64,000 nt of DNA from Octopus sinensis (taxonomy: Eukaryota). The notes under the pieces were generated by a model. That model searched no databases and was not told where the DNA came from. It worked only from the letters and a program-made list of their open reading frames with translations. Below are positions 25,761 to 37,800 of this stretch, in pieces; position 1 is the first letter of the stretch; the number at the start of each line of letters is the position of its first letter. Where the stretch lies: contig NC_043013.1 of the NCBI RefSeq assembly GCF_006345805.1, positions 3,534,001 through 3,598,000 on the forward strand, in the 5' to 3' direction. The position numbers were made by a program, and so were the translations under genes.

Positions 25761-26791
25761 GGAAACCAATATGTTCCAAATATGATATTAAGTCATTAAA
25801 GACACGCAAAACAGTTGAGAATCAAAACAATGCTTAGAATATACAATAACATATTCCAATGAATTTGAACATGAATATGCTATTCGCTGATCTCTTTTTT
25901 AAGTCCTGGGTGCTATTCAAGAACTAGTTGACAGGTATTTTCTAGTAGATCGATCGACCATGTAGAGCTTCGCGCGTTGGCTTTGATTTTAACCGTTAAG
26001 ATATAAACAAGTGGTGTTTACTGTTTGTTTTTTCTAGTTTTAATAATTATTTTACAGATATAGTATATCTAATAACTCAAGCTTTATAATACACTTTCTT
26101 GCAGAGTAAACTAACTTTACAATCAATAATACCATCGGTCCAAAATCAGTATTTTCCTTTTTAGTCTACAACTCTCTGCATTTGACATTTTCATCAACAC
26201 GAATTGCTTCAGCTGATATCGTATTTTTTCCTTTAAAAAAAAATCATATCTATTTCTATTATTTCAGTTTTATCTTTCTTAATATGTTAAGTGTATTTTC
26301 CTTAATTAGACAGGAAACAAAATTGATGGGGAACCTTCCTAACAAGTGTAGTATACAGAATAAATACAGCCTTCCTAAATGGCTATATCCGATTCACAAA
26401 TCTGATAAGTAGTATCTTGGGTATCTTTTTGCCAGTTTTCGCTCGACCCACCCTTATAAATGAAACGGAGTGGAAACCTGTCGGGTGGCCTGTACGAAGT
26501 CGCGTACGTTCCATTTGTGGATTAGGTTCAGGGTACACCTGTCCGTAGAAACTAATAAGCAGAATTGATCAAATAACTGAATACTTGTCGTCGAAGTCGA
26601 CGGAGATTGTTTTGCTTCAATATTTTAATTATAAGTTTTGTTATGTAGTAGCATGTTTTATTTCGATTGGAAATTTATTCCATACCATTCGTCTGTGAAG
26701 TTCACTTGCAGAGTATATCAACACCCAGATACTAATAAGGATTCGGCTTCGACATGCCGTCGAAATGACAATGTTTAAGAGTATTTTCGAG

Positions 26792-26987
26792 CATTAGACT
26801 GCGGCCATGCTGGGGCACCGCCTTGAAGAAATTTTAGTCCAATGAACCGCCCCAGTACTTTATTTTCTTAAACCTGGTACTTATCTTATTGGTCTTTTTG
26901 TCAGACCGCTAAGCTATGGGGACGTAAACACACTAACATCGGTTCTCAAGCGAAGGGGTGAGGGCAAACATTGACACAAAGACACAC

Positions 26988-27025
<38 letters not shown>

Positions 27026-27187
27026 CGGGCTTCTTTCATTCCGTCTACCAAATCCTCTCACAAGGCTCTTGGTCGACCTGAGGTTATCGTAGAAAAAGAA
27101 ACTGATATAAAGTGATACGCAGTGGAGCTGAACCCGGAACCATGAGGTTGGAAAGCAAGCTTCTTACCACACAGCCACGCCTGCGCC
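26792..27187 (-). mobile_element. SINE family A, diverged
   Basis: Homology to the other copies. Confidence 0.8.
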
Positions 27188-27482
27188 TATATATATTCAT
27201 GCACAGAACTGAAGAGTCGTCGCACAACAGTATCCTCACCTATGGTCAGTTTGAGTTGTTACTAAGTCATTACACCGTCTTGCACATGGACGAAACAATT
27301 GACACAACCTGAGCGCGTTCGTTGCGTACACTTAAGCTAAATGTCGCAGCCAAATCTCCCTAAAATAAATTGTCTTAAATAAAAGACCGCAGACAATAAA
27401 GTTCTATATACATAGATCTGCCTTGCACTTCAGACATAACTGATCCGAGTTATAATAAGTTAATCTGTAATTTAATGATATA

Positions 27483-27848
27483 GGCGTAGGAGTGGAGGGG
27501 TCAGTCCCACTGCGTGGCACCTTAGGCAAGTGTCTTCTACTATAGCCTCGGGCCGACCAAAGCCTTGTGAGTAGATTTGGTAGACGGAAACTGGAAGAAG
27601 CCCCTCGTGTATATATATATGTATATATGTATGTGAATGCATTTGTGTGTCTGTCTGTCTCCCCAACATCGCTTGACAACCGATGGTGGTGTGTTATGTC
27701 CCCGTAACTTAGCGGTTCGGCAAAAAGAAACCGATAGAATAAGTACTAGGCTTACAAAGAATAAGTCCTGGGTTCGATTTGCTCGAATAAAGGCGGTGCT
27801 CCAGCATGGCCACAGTCAAATGAGTGAAACAAGTAAAAGAGAGAGAGA
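27483..27848 (+). mobile_element. SINE family A (deletion in head)
   Basis: Homology to the other copies. Confidence 0.85.
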
Positions 27849-30800
27849 CTGAACCTAATGTCTCAGCTTGGTACTTACGTTCCTAGGCACCAATTAGTTG
27901 CAGCTATTGGTAGGTCATGTAAATCGTTGGGCTCCAGAATACACCTTTCACAGACGATATGACGCAGAGGAATGAGTGAAAATATATGTAAAGCCCTCCG
28001 CCTGGTAACTGCAACAGAATCTGGGTAAGCTTCTTGATCAACGGTCGAGCAGGATAACGATTTGATGGTCTCGGCGCTAGAGATGGCGGGGATTTACCTC
28101 CCCGCTAGCGATATAAACAAGGGTGCACTTTACACCAAAAGCTAATATGAGAGTTCCTCTCGTCGCATCTACTGCAGTAAAGTTTGTTCTGACAACGGGA
28201 TAAACATAGCCTTCCAGTACGTTTCTAAACAGATTAATTACTAGACTTAATGGTTTTAAATCTTCAATGCAATTTGTAGGACAATCATGAGTCCTACGCT
28301 ACGAGACTGGAAACCAAGCAACGTGTTCTCAACAACCTGCAATACGAAAATTTCCATAATCCAAGCAGTTATGGAAATTCCGAGGTTCGAGACTAATCTA
28401 CGGATTACACGCAATTCTAGCTTTTCCAGTATTCCTGACCACTGTATTTGCTATAATATAATGGTGATGTCTATTCTGCTTCAAAATGTTTTAAGGAATA
28501 ATCTATAATACAACAGTGAGGTAGAATCTAAAAAATGATACTTTGGAAGAAATTTCTACGTCTCAAGATGCCACCTGTTTCCCCTATCGCAGTAAGGAGC
28601 ATGCTGTGATTCAATGGCATCAAGAGCGCTCCGGGTTGGAAAAATGCACTTTACTTGAAAGACATTTCTCAGCACTTTCACGTGTTAGTTGGTTCAGCGA
28701 CATACTCATCTTGATCTTTGCTTCAACATCCACAGAATAGTGACCAGGTATCTTTAGAATTGATAATCCCACTTTGGATAAAATGGTTTGTTGTTCACTT
28801 CGTTATAGGTGCGTGGTTTTATTTTACTAGTATAACATGCTCACGCTAGGAAACGCGGTACACAAAACCAAACCCATTTTAATATCAGTAAACTGGAGTT
28901 TTATGTAAGCTAGTTGAGAATATAGGAAATGACGAATGGTCGCGGCATTTTCTGACATCTTTCCCATTAAGCCAATTTCACGTTCACTTCCAGACTCGCT
29001 GACTAGTTTTAAAAATCAATGCAAAACTAGTTTGCTGCTAGAGTAGCCTCCCCTGATTTGAATGCGAACGAATACAAGATTATACCAATACATTTTTGAA
29101 ATCGTTAAAATTTCGTGCAAATGCCTAACTCTAAATCAGTTCATTGATTTCACAATTTAACCGACAAATTGTAAACATGAAGATTTTTTCATTTTCTTGC
29201 GTAATTTGGGAAAACCCAGTCCTAAACCTTTAACGATCAAATCAACGAAATGTGCACAATATTCCTTAAAATCTTGGGGGGGGGGATATCAACCATCTCC
29301 AATAGAACAGCGATGGCTTCAGTTTTATTGGAGCTGATTGAATTCTATTATGTCGTGTTATTTAAACCTATCGTTAACATCGCGAAATTTGTCCAGGCCC
29401 AAACTGCGATCCCTCAAGAGCAAATCGCCTTTTAGGCCTCAGCTCCTAGCAGCTATCTTTTTTTTTTTTCTTTTCTTTTTACTACCAAATCATTTGCTAT
29501 CTCGAGTTCGTATTTCAGGACTGCCATTTATAAAAGCCATCCCTACACATGTGACGCAAGTTACTAAAGATTTCGCGCGATAACTCAAAACACTTCAATG
29601 TCGAGCTGGGAAATTTAGTGAAAAGGCTTTGTAGTGTTTGTAGGACGGAGCAGCTAGTTAAAGGGGAATAAACCATGGTGGAGACGAGTTATCTACCGTA
29701 GACAGCCTTTTACAATATTATACCTTTAAAGGAATTACAACAGTGGCTTTTCAGAGAGATGCGAAACTATTTTGAAGTTGTAATTCAGGCACTCATGACC
29801 ACACATTCACGAAAAAGTAACAAGAACACAAGTTTTTTATGAGGTAATTTATTTTGAAAAATTACCACCGAGTATACTACAAAATTTAGCCAAACTTCAA
29901 CTCACCATGGTTACTTTTTACACTTATGTGCTATTATTTCTTAATGGCATTTTGGTGCCTTGTTTAGTACTTCAGAAATTAAGTTTTAAATTTTCTCTAG
30001 TATGATTTATTAATGTTCCCCGTCAATTTTTTTTTTGCTCTCTCTCTCTTACTGCAAAAAAATTAAACGTCATTTATTTAAAATATGACACGTCCATTTT
30101 CTCCCGCTTTCTCCACCAAAAGATTCCAGGAGATGTTTTGAGTTGAAAACTCCCCCCACCACATGGATACTCACCTTGTACAACTTACCAATAAGCAATG
30201 CATCATCAGCCAAGTGACTGGCATTTCTTAACGCTTAAATGGCTTTCACCTTGTAAAAGTTGAGATAAGGATTAAGTTTTGATCGGTCTCATTTAAAATG
30301 CTTGTTGCTATGGTTATTAGTTATTCTTATGCAGAGGACCAATTAGGGTCTGTAAACCCCTGTGAAGAGTGCTCCTGAGTGATAAACAAGCGAAAACGAA
30401 GTGCATGCACCAACAGCAAATTTGACTTGGAGCCTTGTTAGTGTCTTAACATTGGGATCTTTAGAGTACTTTAGAAGCAGTGGCCAATACAGATTAGCCT
30501 GTAAATTCTTACATGCAATCGAGATTTTATCAGCGATTATGTGGTCTACTAAAAAGCAATAAATAATAGGTGGCTTGACCCAAACCCCGTCATGCTGAAA
30601 TTATGTGCAAGCAAAGCGAAACTTCTTAGTTTCCAGTCCAACACAGGTGCTCGTGTTCTTCTCTAGTTGCTCCAAGCACTAATCTATTGGATGCAAAGCA
30701 AACCTACCTGAATTTTGTGTGTAATAAGGAAACAGGAAAATTAAAAACATGCAAGGAAATTTTGAAATACAAACCTTATTCTGAGAAACACAGCTTGTGA

Positions 30801-33143
30801 GGTTACGTAACTGCCTGCAAACGTCTCCAACACTGACAATGGAAAAACTCTACAAGCATAGACTTCCTCCATCTGGCTTTCAAATTTTCCACATTTACAT
30901 GTAAGGAGCAACTTGTTCTGAACAAAGCTAAGATGAAACACTGCTACAAAATCAGCTTTCCTAGTCCTTTAAACATAACTGAACAGTCAATAGCTGTTAA
31001 TATCAATCAATTATTCAGTTGCTTTGTTAGCTCTATGCTATACTTCATATAGTGATCAGCTTATTTTGTATCAAATTAATTACATCTAATTAATAGAAAG
31101 GAAACTTTCTTTTACGATTAGAATCACCTTCTCTACTTCATTAGTTACTCTCTTTTATAATTGTTGTCAATTCTAAAATTAAGACTTGCTGTTGAACTTC
31201 CTGGTTTCTGTCCTGGCAGTGTTGAAACAACATAAAATAAAATATACAACCCAAATCATTAGTACAATAAATGTCTAGTGCTTTGGGGAGAGCAGAAAGA
31301 TCAATGGCAACTTTTCCAAGGCCAATGACCAAAGTGACTTACCTGTGAGTGTGTTTACCTGACATATCAATGGAAGAGGAATTGGCAAAAGATAATATCA
31401 ATAAAAGCTTATGCTTACTAAATCCCCATTATCCAAGAGTTACTTTTCAACTGCAAACTTACTAAGCTAAAAGGGACCATAGTGGCAATTTAATTTAGTA
31501 CTAAATTGATTCAAATTTAATAAAGCAACTTAACATTTGTTATATTTGCACACATAAAACACAATGACTTCATCTTCACTCAAACAAAACTTGTAATAGT
31601 GTTTAAAAAGATCTAGTAGTTAAGTCATTGACTAACACTTATTCCACAAACAGTTACAAGCCAGATATTCTACACAGAACCACCTTCTGCTTTCACCTGA
31701 GTGAACGCCATGTAAAAACTAGTTTCATTTGTCAGCCACTTCACCAAACTCACAATTCATACTTTGCGGAGTGCTGCCATATGCCATGGTAGAAAAGGGA
31801 AAAGTTAGGTAGCCTCAGGTTACCCTAACAAATCCTAACTCAGGTATAGGATTCCTGCTGTGACAAATTTTAAATATTAAGATTTATAAACTTTTGGCTG
31901 CATTGACTGGCACAAGATAGCTACATATGCATATTCAGAGTGGAGCAAGTATTTTTTTTTTTTTTTACTGGTGATACTCTTTCAAATGAAAATATTTAAC
32001 ACTAAGAAACTCATCTGAACCTTAGCTATATGTGTGTGTGTGTGTGTGTGCATGTGTATATAAGTTGTGCAAGTAAAACTCAGTACAACCTTTCTCGTGA
32101 ATTGAGATATCACATTAGGTTAGTCTTACCTCTATGAAGTTCATTACAAACTTTACATTAGCTTATAAATTCAACAGTTCCTACACATTATATTGGGGGT
32201 ACTTCTATATTAGGGTTTAACATAAAATTGATTAACACCCTAATATCATAAATTCAGTACATAGATATTTTCAGAGTATAGTCAAGTAAGTGGTTAAACT
32301 TGCATAAGCATTTATCTTATACATTAATCATTCTGCTATTGCATGTATTTTGCTTTGATATTTCATTTGCTGTGGAGTCAGTGGCAACACACGCATAACC
32401 AATGACAATTACTGGATTCTGTAGAACTAAGGAACCAATAATAATCACAGAAATTTCTAATTCATTATAAATTGACTTACTTTATATAAATCCATATTTA
32501 CTTTATATAAATCCTACTCTATTCAGCAGAACTAAAATTTATGCAAATTTCACAATAACCAAGTGTGTTACATAAACTTATGTGTGTGTGTCGTATGTAA
32601 GTAATTTAAATCCATCCCAGTTTCACTTCGGTGGATATAAAACTGACTTAAATACGGTGCAGGGGATAGACACACAAACCTATTATATACACACACTTAT
32701 TTCTTAAGGAACTGATAAAAAGGACCATATATAATGGTAATCATTCTAGTAAAAAATCAAACTGAATAATTTAATCCTTATACCACTATGATCTCTTGGG
32801 TTAATGACAGAAGTTAGCAATAAGGGAAGATTTTTTACAGTTTGATCGCAAAGTGGGAGGGAGGAAAATGTTAATGATGAAATCTAGCAATTCCAAAGTA
32901 ATAAATAGAATAAGGGTTTGGCACAGCTATTGAATACAGTAAGTACTATACATACTTTCATTTTAGGGTTTTGTTTTTCTGTTTTGTTTTCCTCGTCCAA
33001 GCCAACTTCGACACCAGACACATTGTGCCTCCATCTTGACCTGCTCTCCTCCATTCGTCCGTCAGGCAAACACATTACAGTAACAGCTATACAAACTAGC
33101 AAATGATCTCACACACAACAACAGTGCAAGCATACACGTCATA

Positions 33144-33149
33144 TTTATT
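33144..33149 (-). terminator. Candidate proximal poly(A) signal of TDP-43
   Basis: AATAAA on the minus strand about 490 nt after the stop, followed by GU-rich GTGTATGCTTGCACTGTTGTTGTGTGTG. Confidence 0.5.
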
Positions 33150-33638
33150 TCCTTATACAAACGGCATTCAACCATACTGCAGACATTAAGAGACACACCC
33201 TAAGACAGCCATTCCGTGTTCATCAGCATCAGATAATCCGGTGAATCTATCTCATCAAGTCTGTCGAATACACTCAATGTCATGCACTCAGCCAAATGAC
33301 GCTGGATATACGATGAGTAGTGTTCCCACTTGTCACTGCTGCTATAATGATCCACAGCAGAAACCACACATTAAATGGAGCCAATGAAGAGAAAATAATA
33401 ATCATAATGGGGTGGAAGGAACTCTCACATCTAACACTTGCAGCACTAAGCACAGGAGTTGGAACTTGGAGATTTAGGGTTGGTTGCTTTTTTTTTTTTT
33501 TGATTTTTTTTTTGCTTTTTTCACTTTTCTGGTTGGGAGTGGGAGGGGCTTTCTTTAAAAATAAGTTTATCTGGAACATCATGATTAAATACTGAAATCT
33601 GCATACCTCCAACACTTCATTTTAAAACAAATTGTCCT

Positions 33639-34298
33639 TCAGTTCCAACCACCACCTGGTTTGCTATGCTGACCCCAGCCACCTGCCTGTGCTGAGCCGC
33701 TGTCTGAGGTCTGGCCACCCCAACCAAGGAAGCTATTGTTATTAGCACCTTGACCACTAGTATTAAAACTACTTAAGCTCTGATTGCTGTTTTGGTTTGA
33801 GGTATCACCTGCTCCTTGGCCAAGCCCTAAAGGGCCCCATCCACCTTGGCTACTAAGCATGGCCTGAGCAGCAGCCAGCATTGCAGGGTTCAACTGGAAA
33901 GCACTCAAGTTCAATCCCCCCATATTATTCATATTACTGCCCATATTTTGACCTCCACGTTGGTTTCCCTGTCCCCAACCACCTTGACCATATCCCTGGT
34001 TATACGGAGGCTGAACTTGATTTTGACCTTTCTTATCTCCAAACTTGTCGTAGTTTTTTGGGACTGCGCTACTGATATGGACACTGATTCCCTTAACAAT
34101 ATGGTCCTCCCCACAAAGACTTTGAGCGACTTCTGGATTAGAGAAAGTTACAAATGCAAAAGCTCGAAAAGGCTTGGGAATGAAAACATCAATGACCTCT
34201 CCAAATTTGCCAAAGTGGCTACGCAGATCATCGGCGGTCATATCTTCAGTGCATCGACCAATGAAAACTTTGCGATTCATCGTTTGTTGACCTCCATC
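33639..34298 (-). CDS. TARDBP: TDP-43 coding exon 4 (RRM2 and Gly/Gln/Asn-rich low-complexity C-terminus, stop TGA)
   Basis: Acceptor tttcag|GAT. Translates DGGQQTMNRKVFIGRC...RAFAFVTF...AQSLCGED...PAMLAAAQAMLSSQGGWG...GGGWN*. Agrees with ORF-track entry 33639..34280. Confidence 0.97.
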   Translation of the reverse strand, partial: DGGQQTMNRKVFIGRCTEDMTADDLRSHFGKFGEVIDVFIPKPFRAFAFVTFSNPEVAQSLCGEDHIVKGISVHISSAVPKNYDKFGDKKGQNQVQPPYNQGYGQGGWGQGNQRGGQNMGSNMNNMGGLNLSAFQLNPAMLAAAQAMLSSQGGWGPLGLGQGAGDTSNQNSNQSLSSFNTSGQGANNNSFLGWGGQTSDSGSAQAGGWGQHSKPGGGWN

Positions 34299-34414
34299 CT
34301 GAAATAGAGAAGAAAGGAATCTGTAATAAATTTACATACTTTTTATCTCATGTAAACTAATGGATATTTATGAAATAACAGTTCAAATAGCATTTTGTGA
34401 GATTATGAAAATAC

Positions 34415-34555
34415 CTTTGAATTTGGGATTCTGACATCACACCATCTTCCATCAATCATGTGCCGTTGGGAAATGCATTTCAACTGAGCCTCATAATCAA
34501 CAAAACGAACAAAGCCAAATCCCTTGGACTGGCCACTTTTAAGGTCTTTCTTCAC
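34415..34555 (-). CDS. TARDBP: TDP-43 coding exon 3 (second half of RRM1)
   Basis: Acceptor tgcag|GTG. Translates [47 protein letters not shown], with RNP1 KGFGFVRF. Donor AAG|gtatt at 34414; 141 nt, phase 0. Confidence 0.97.
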
Positions 34556-34730
34556 CTGCAAATGTAAGGAAAAACCAACATATTAAGTTTCCAGCAATAT
34601 TTTTAAAAACTTTACATACTACAATCAAACATTTTATTACAGAAACCGTTAATAGATATTAAAACATAAATTCTAAGAGAAGTTCATTTATTTATAAACT
34701 AGATACAATGGAGTAAAACAGACAACATAC

Positions 34731-34897
34731 CTGCACCATTAGAAGTTCTCCATACTGAGAGAAGTAATTCCTCAAGTCCTCTTCTGTACTTTTCCATGGC
34801 AAACCAAGCACTATCAAGTCACTACACTTCTGCATATCAAGACGTTTAGTTTTAGCAGTAGGATTTTCTAAGCCATCATCCCCTTTACGCTTGTTAT
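34731..34897 (-). CDS. TARDBP: TDP-43 coding exon 2 (bipartite NLS and first half of RRM1)
   Basis: Acceptor ttcag|AT is phase 1 and completes GAT. Translates [56 protein letters not shown]. Donor CAG|gtatg at 34730; 167 nt. Confidence 0.97.
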
Positions 34898-37800
34898 CTG
34901 AATTGGAAACAAAAAATTTACAGAAAAACTAATGAGTAAACTCAGTTTATTGCCAAAGCACAACTAATTATAAAAATTTACATTAAAATTGAATATTTGG
35001 CTAAGATCATAAAATTGTTGTTTTACATTAATAATGCAAATATAACAGTTCTGAAATAAATTAATCAAGCAAATTACAAAATAATAATCTTGAAACTACT
35101 TTAGCACACAAAGTTTCAAGAATATTGAACTGTGTATGAAGTTACAGTACATACTTTCAAGCGAAATTTATTAAATACTTTAAAATAAAAAGCCCTACAA
35201 AAAGTATGAATTGGTAAAATAAATAATTTTATGACAAATACAATTGGTTCTAACACTGACAAAAAGTTATAAACTTCAGAAGATTAGTCAAATTGACCCA
35301 ATATACAACTGGTACTTGATCACAACAGGTTTTGAACACAGATTGTTAAGAACCTAAATAACTACCACAAAGCATTTAATAAACACTAACAATGCTGCCA
35401 AATCATTCCACTAGACAGGAGTGTAATGAAATAAAAACTTATCAAATCACTCCATAAAGAAGAATATTCTCCAGACTTAGAATCCAATAACCAATAAATA
35501 AATATTCAATACATGCACTAACACACACACACACACACACACCACCATCTTCATTCTCTTAACATCCAATTTTCTGTATATGCACCAGAAGAAAATGGTG
35601 CTCTTCCTATTACCAACTTTTGAAAATGACCTTAGTTTTAGAGTATTGCTAACAAGCATCAATATATATAGGATGGTTGCTTTAGTCAAAGTAGGGGGAA
35701 ATAAATACATAGACATACATACAACTTCTTAAAGACACCATCATATGTATGCTTCCAAATATCATATCTATGTATGCGATTACCATACCTACGTAAATAC
35801 AATGTTACCATGTGCACATATATACACAAACACGCATATACATAAATACATGACAGGATACTATTTATATACATAATACATATAGATTAGTACAGGACAG
35901 CACACTATTGCGTGTGTGTATGTATGTATGTATGTATATATATATGAAAGAGAGACAGACAGACATTTGTATATATCTTGTATACATATACATAGGTATA
36001 TCTAAGTCTACATACATAAACGTGCATACACAAATAAGCATATGGATGCAACATGTGCATACACACACACACACACACACACATACATGTACACATACGT
36101 TAAGGCACTTTGGGCAAGTGTCTTTAGTATAAAGCAACTGATATCATTTGAAGGTCGTCGTGCACAGAGAGAGGAGAGAGAGAGAGAGGGGGGAAAAAAG
36201 AGAAATATGTACACACATGGTTGTCTTCCCAAAAGCAGTTAAAAATCAATTATTTGTTGGTATTCCTTGCAAAAAAAATCATCATCACATACTGTACTTG
36301 AGAAAGGTATAGATTAGCAACAAGTATCCAGCTGTAATACAATGCTTTAGAATGTTTGTCCATTCACAGAAAAACAAACAAAATAATTGAAATTCACACT
36401 TAAAAATACATATGCATTATCTAAGTGCAAGCACATGTAATTGTTTCATCCAAGTATTTGTGTGTGCAACTATACACATGCAGAATACACAACTCGTCAC
36501 TTGAGTATGGCTTTTACTGCAATATAGCTAATTACTAAAGAAAGCCTTAATATTCACAAGCATCTCTTAATCCCATTTCAAAATGAGTATTAAATCTATC
36601 TGGTTTGTAATAGGCCAGAGTGGTGGGTAATCAGGTGGATGAAACGTTTTCTGAAGTGAGTGTTGCATTTTCTGAAACATTTCACTAGGGACAAAAACTG
36701 GATATCAGCTTCATGTTGTCAAGCAGCAAGTTTGAATTGAAAGTATTTTTGAAAGAAGACCTTGAAAAATCTATGAAAATATGTGGCAAACATAAAAACC
36801 ACACATATGATTATGAAATAGATATTTCTATTTCCGAAAGTGAAACAATGCTAACAGTTCCAATAATGATAAAAGTTAATTTACACCTGAATATAATAAG
36901 AATTTTAAAACTTCAGTTATTTTTAAGAAACTACATGCAGCCAGTGTCTCCAAAGGAAACAAAACCATTAGATTTTTTTTTTTTTTCACATTTTTCTTTG
37001 AAGCAATTACTGTGGAAACAAATCATTTTTCAGAACATAAAGAGAAAAAACAGTTTGAAGTTTCCACATGCTTGGAAGAAAGTGAGAAAACAGATAATTT
37101 TTAATGTGTGAGTGTGTGTGTGCATGCACATGCATACATATATAAATTTGATTTATAAACATTTTTTTTCAAATTTACTTCATTATCTCTATCTATCTTA
37201 TGTGTGTGACAAATTTCAATTAATTTGTATTACAAATCATTAAATGGGTTTGTATTTGTGTATGAGTTTATTTCATTTAGTTAATGACATCTATTTCATT
37301 TCCTAGTTTTCTTCAAAGACAAATTCCAGAATTTTCTTCTGCTTTACCTTTCTTATGCGCAATCAGGTTTGACCAATAGATAATCCAGTAATTTGCACAA
37401 TTTCTCTAGATTAAAATTTTGTAGTCTAAGGAGGGTCATCATGCCAATATTAACACATGCACTGGTTCAATTCCACTCCTTTATTCTTAGTCAGTTGGCT
37501 AATCGATTGTTTGTTTAATTTGGTTAAAGTCATTTGTTTGGTTTTTGTTTGTCAAAGCTCTTGTAACCTTTCCAATGACTTTTAAAATTTGGTTTCAGTC
37601 TGATGTGGCTTGGTCTCTTACGGCTGAATGCCCTTCCTAACACCAACCACTTTACAGTGTGTGCTGGGTGCTTTTAACATACCACTGGCACAGTGGTATG
37701 CATATGCCTATCTACAACTATACACACACACACATTGTATGATGCTCATTTAGAATCTGCAATGCTATACGGTGGTTGAGAATTTGGGCCTGAATGCAGA

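Noticed and set aside
30195-30215. C/D snoRNA box C (UGAUGA)
   Set aside because: No appropriately placed D box or terminal stem.
33280-33615. 111-aa minus-strand ORF just after the TDP-43 stop
   Set aside because: Low-complexity poly-K from an A-run in the 3'UTR; no protein signature.
33960-34080. Internal donors for human-like short TDP-43 isoforms after RRM2
   Set aside because: Only weak candidates (AAG|GTCAAA, AAG|GTGGTT); no support.
33846-34307. 153-aa plus-strand ORF
   Set aside because: Antisense shadow of TDP-43 exon 4.
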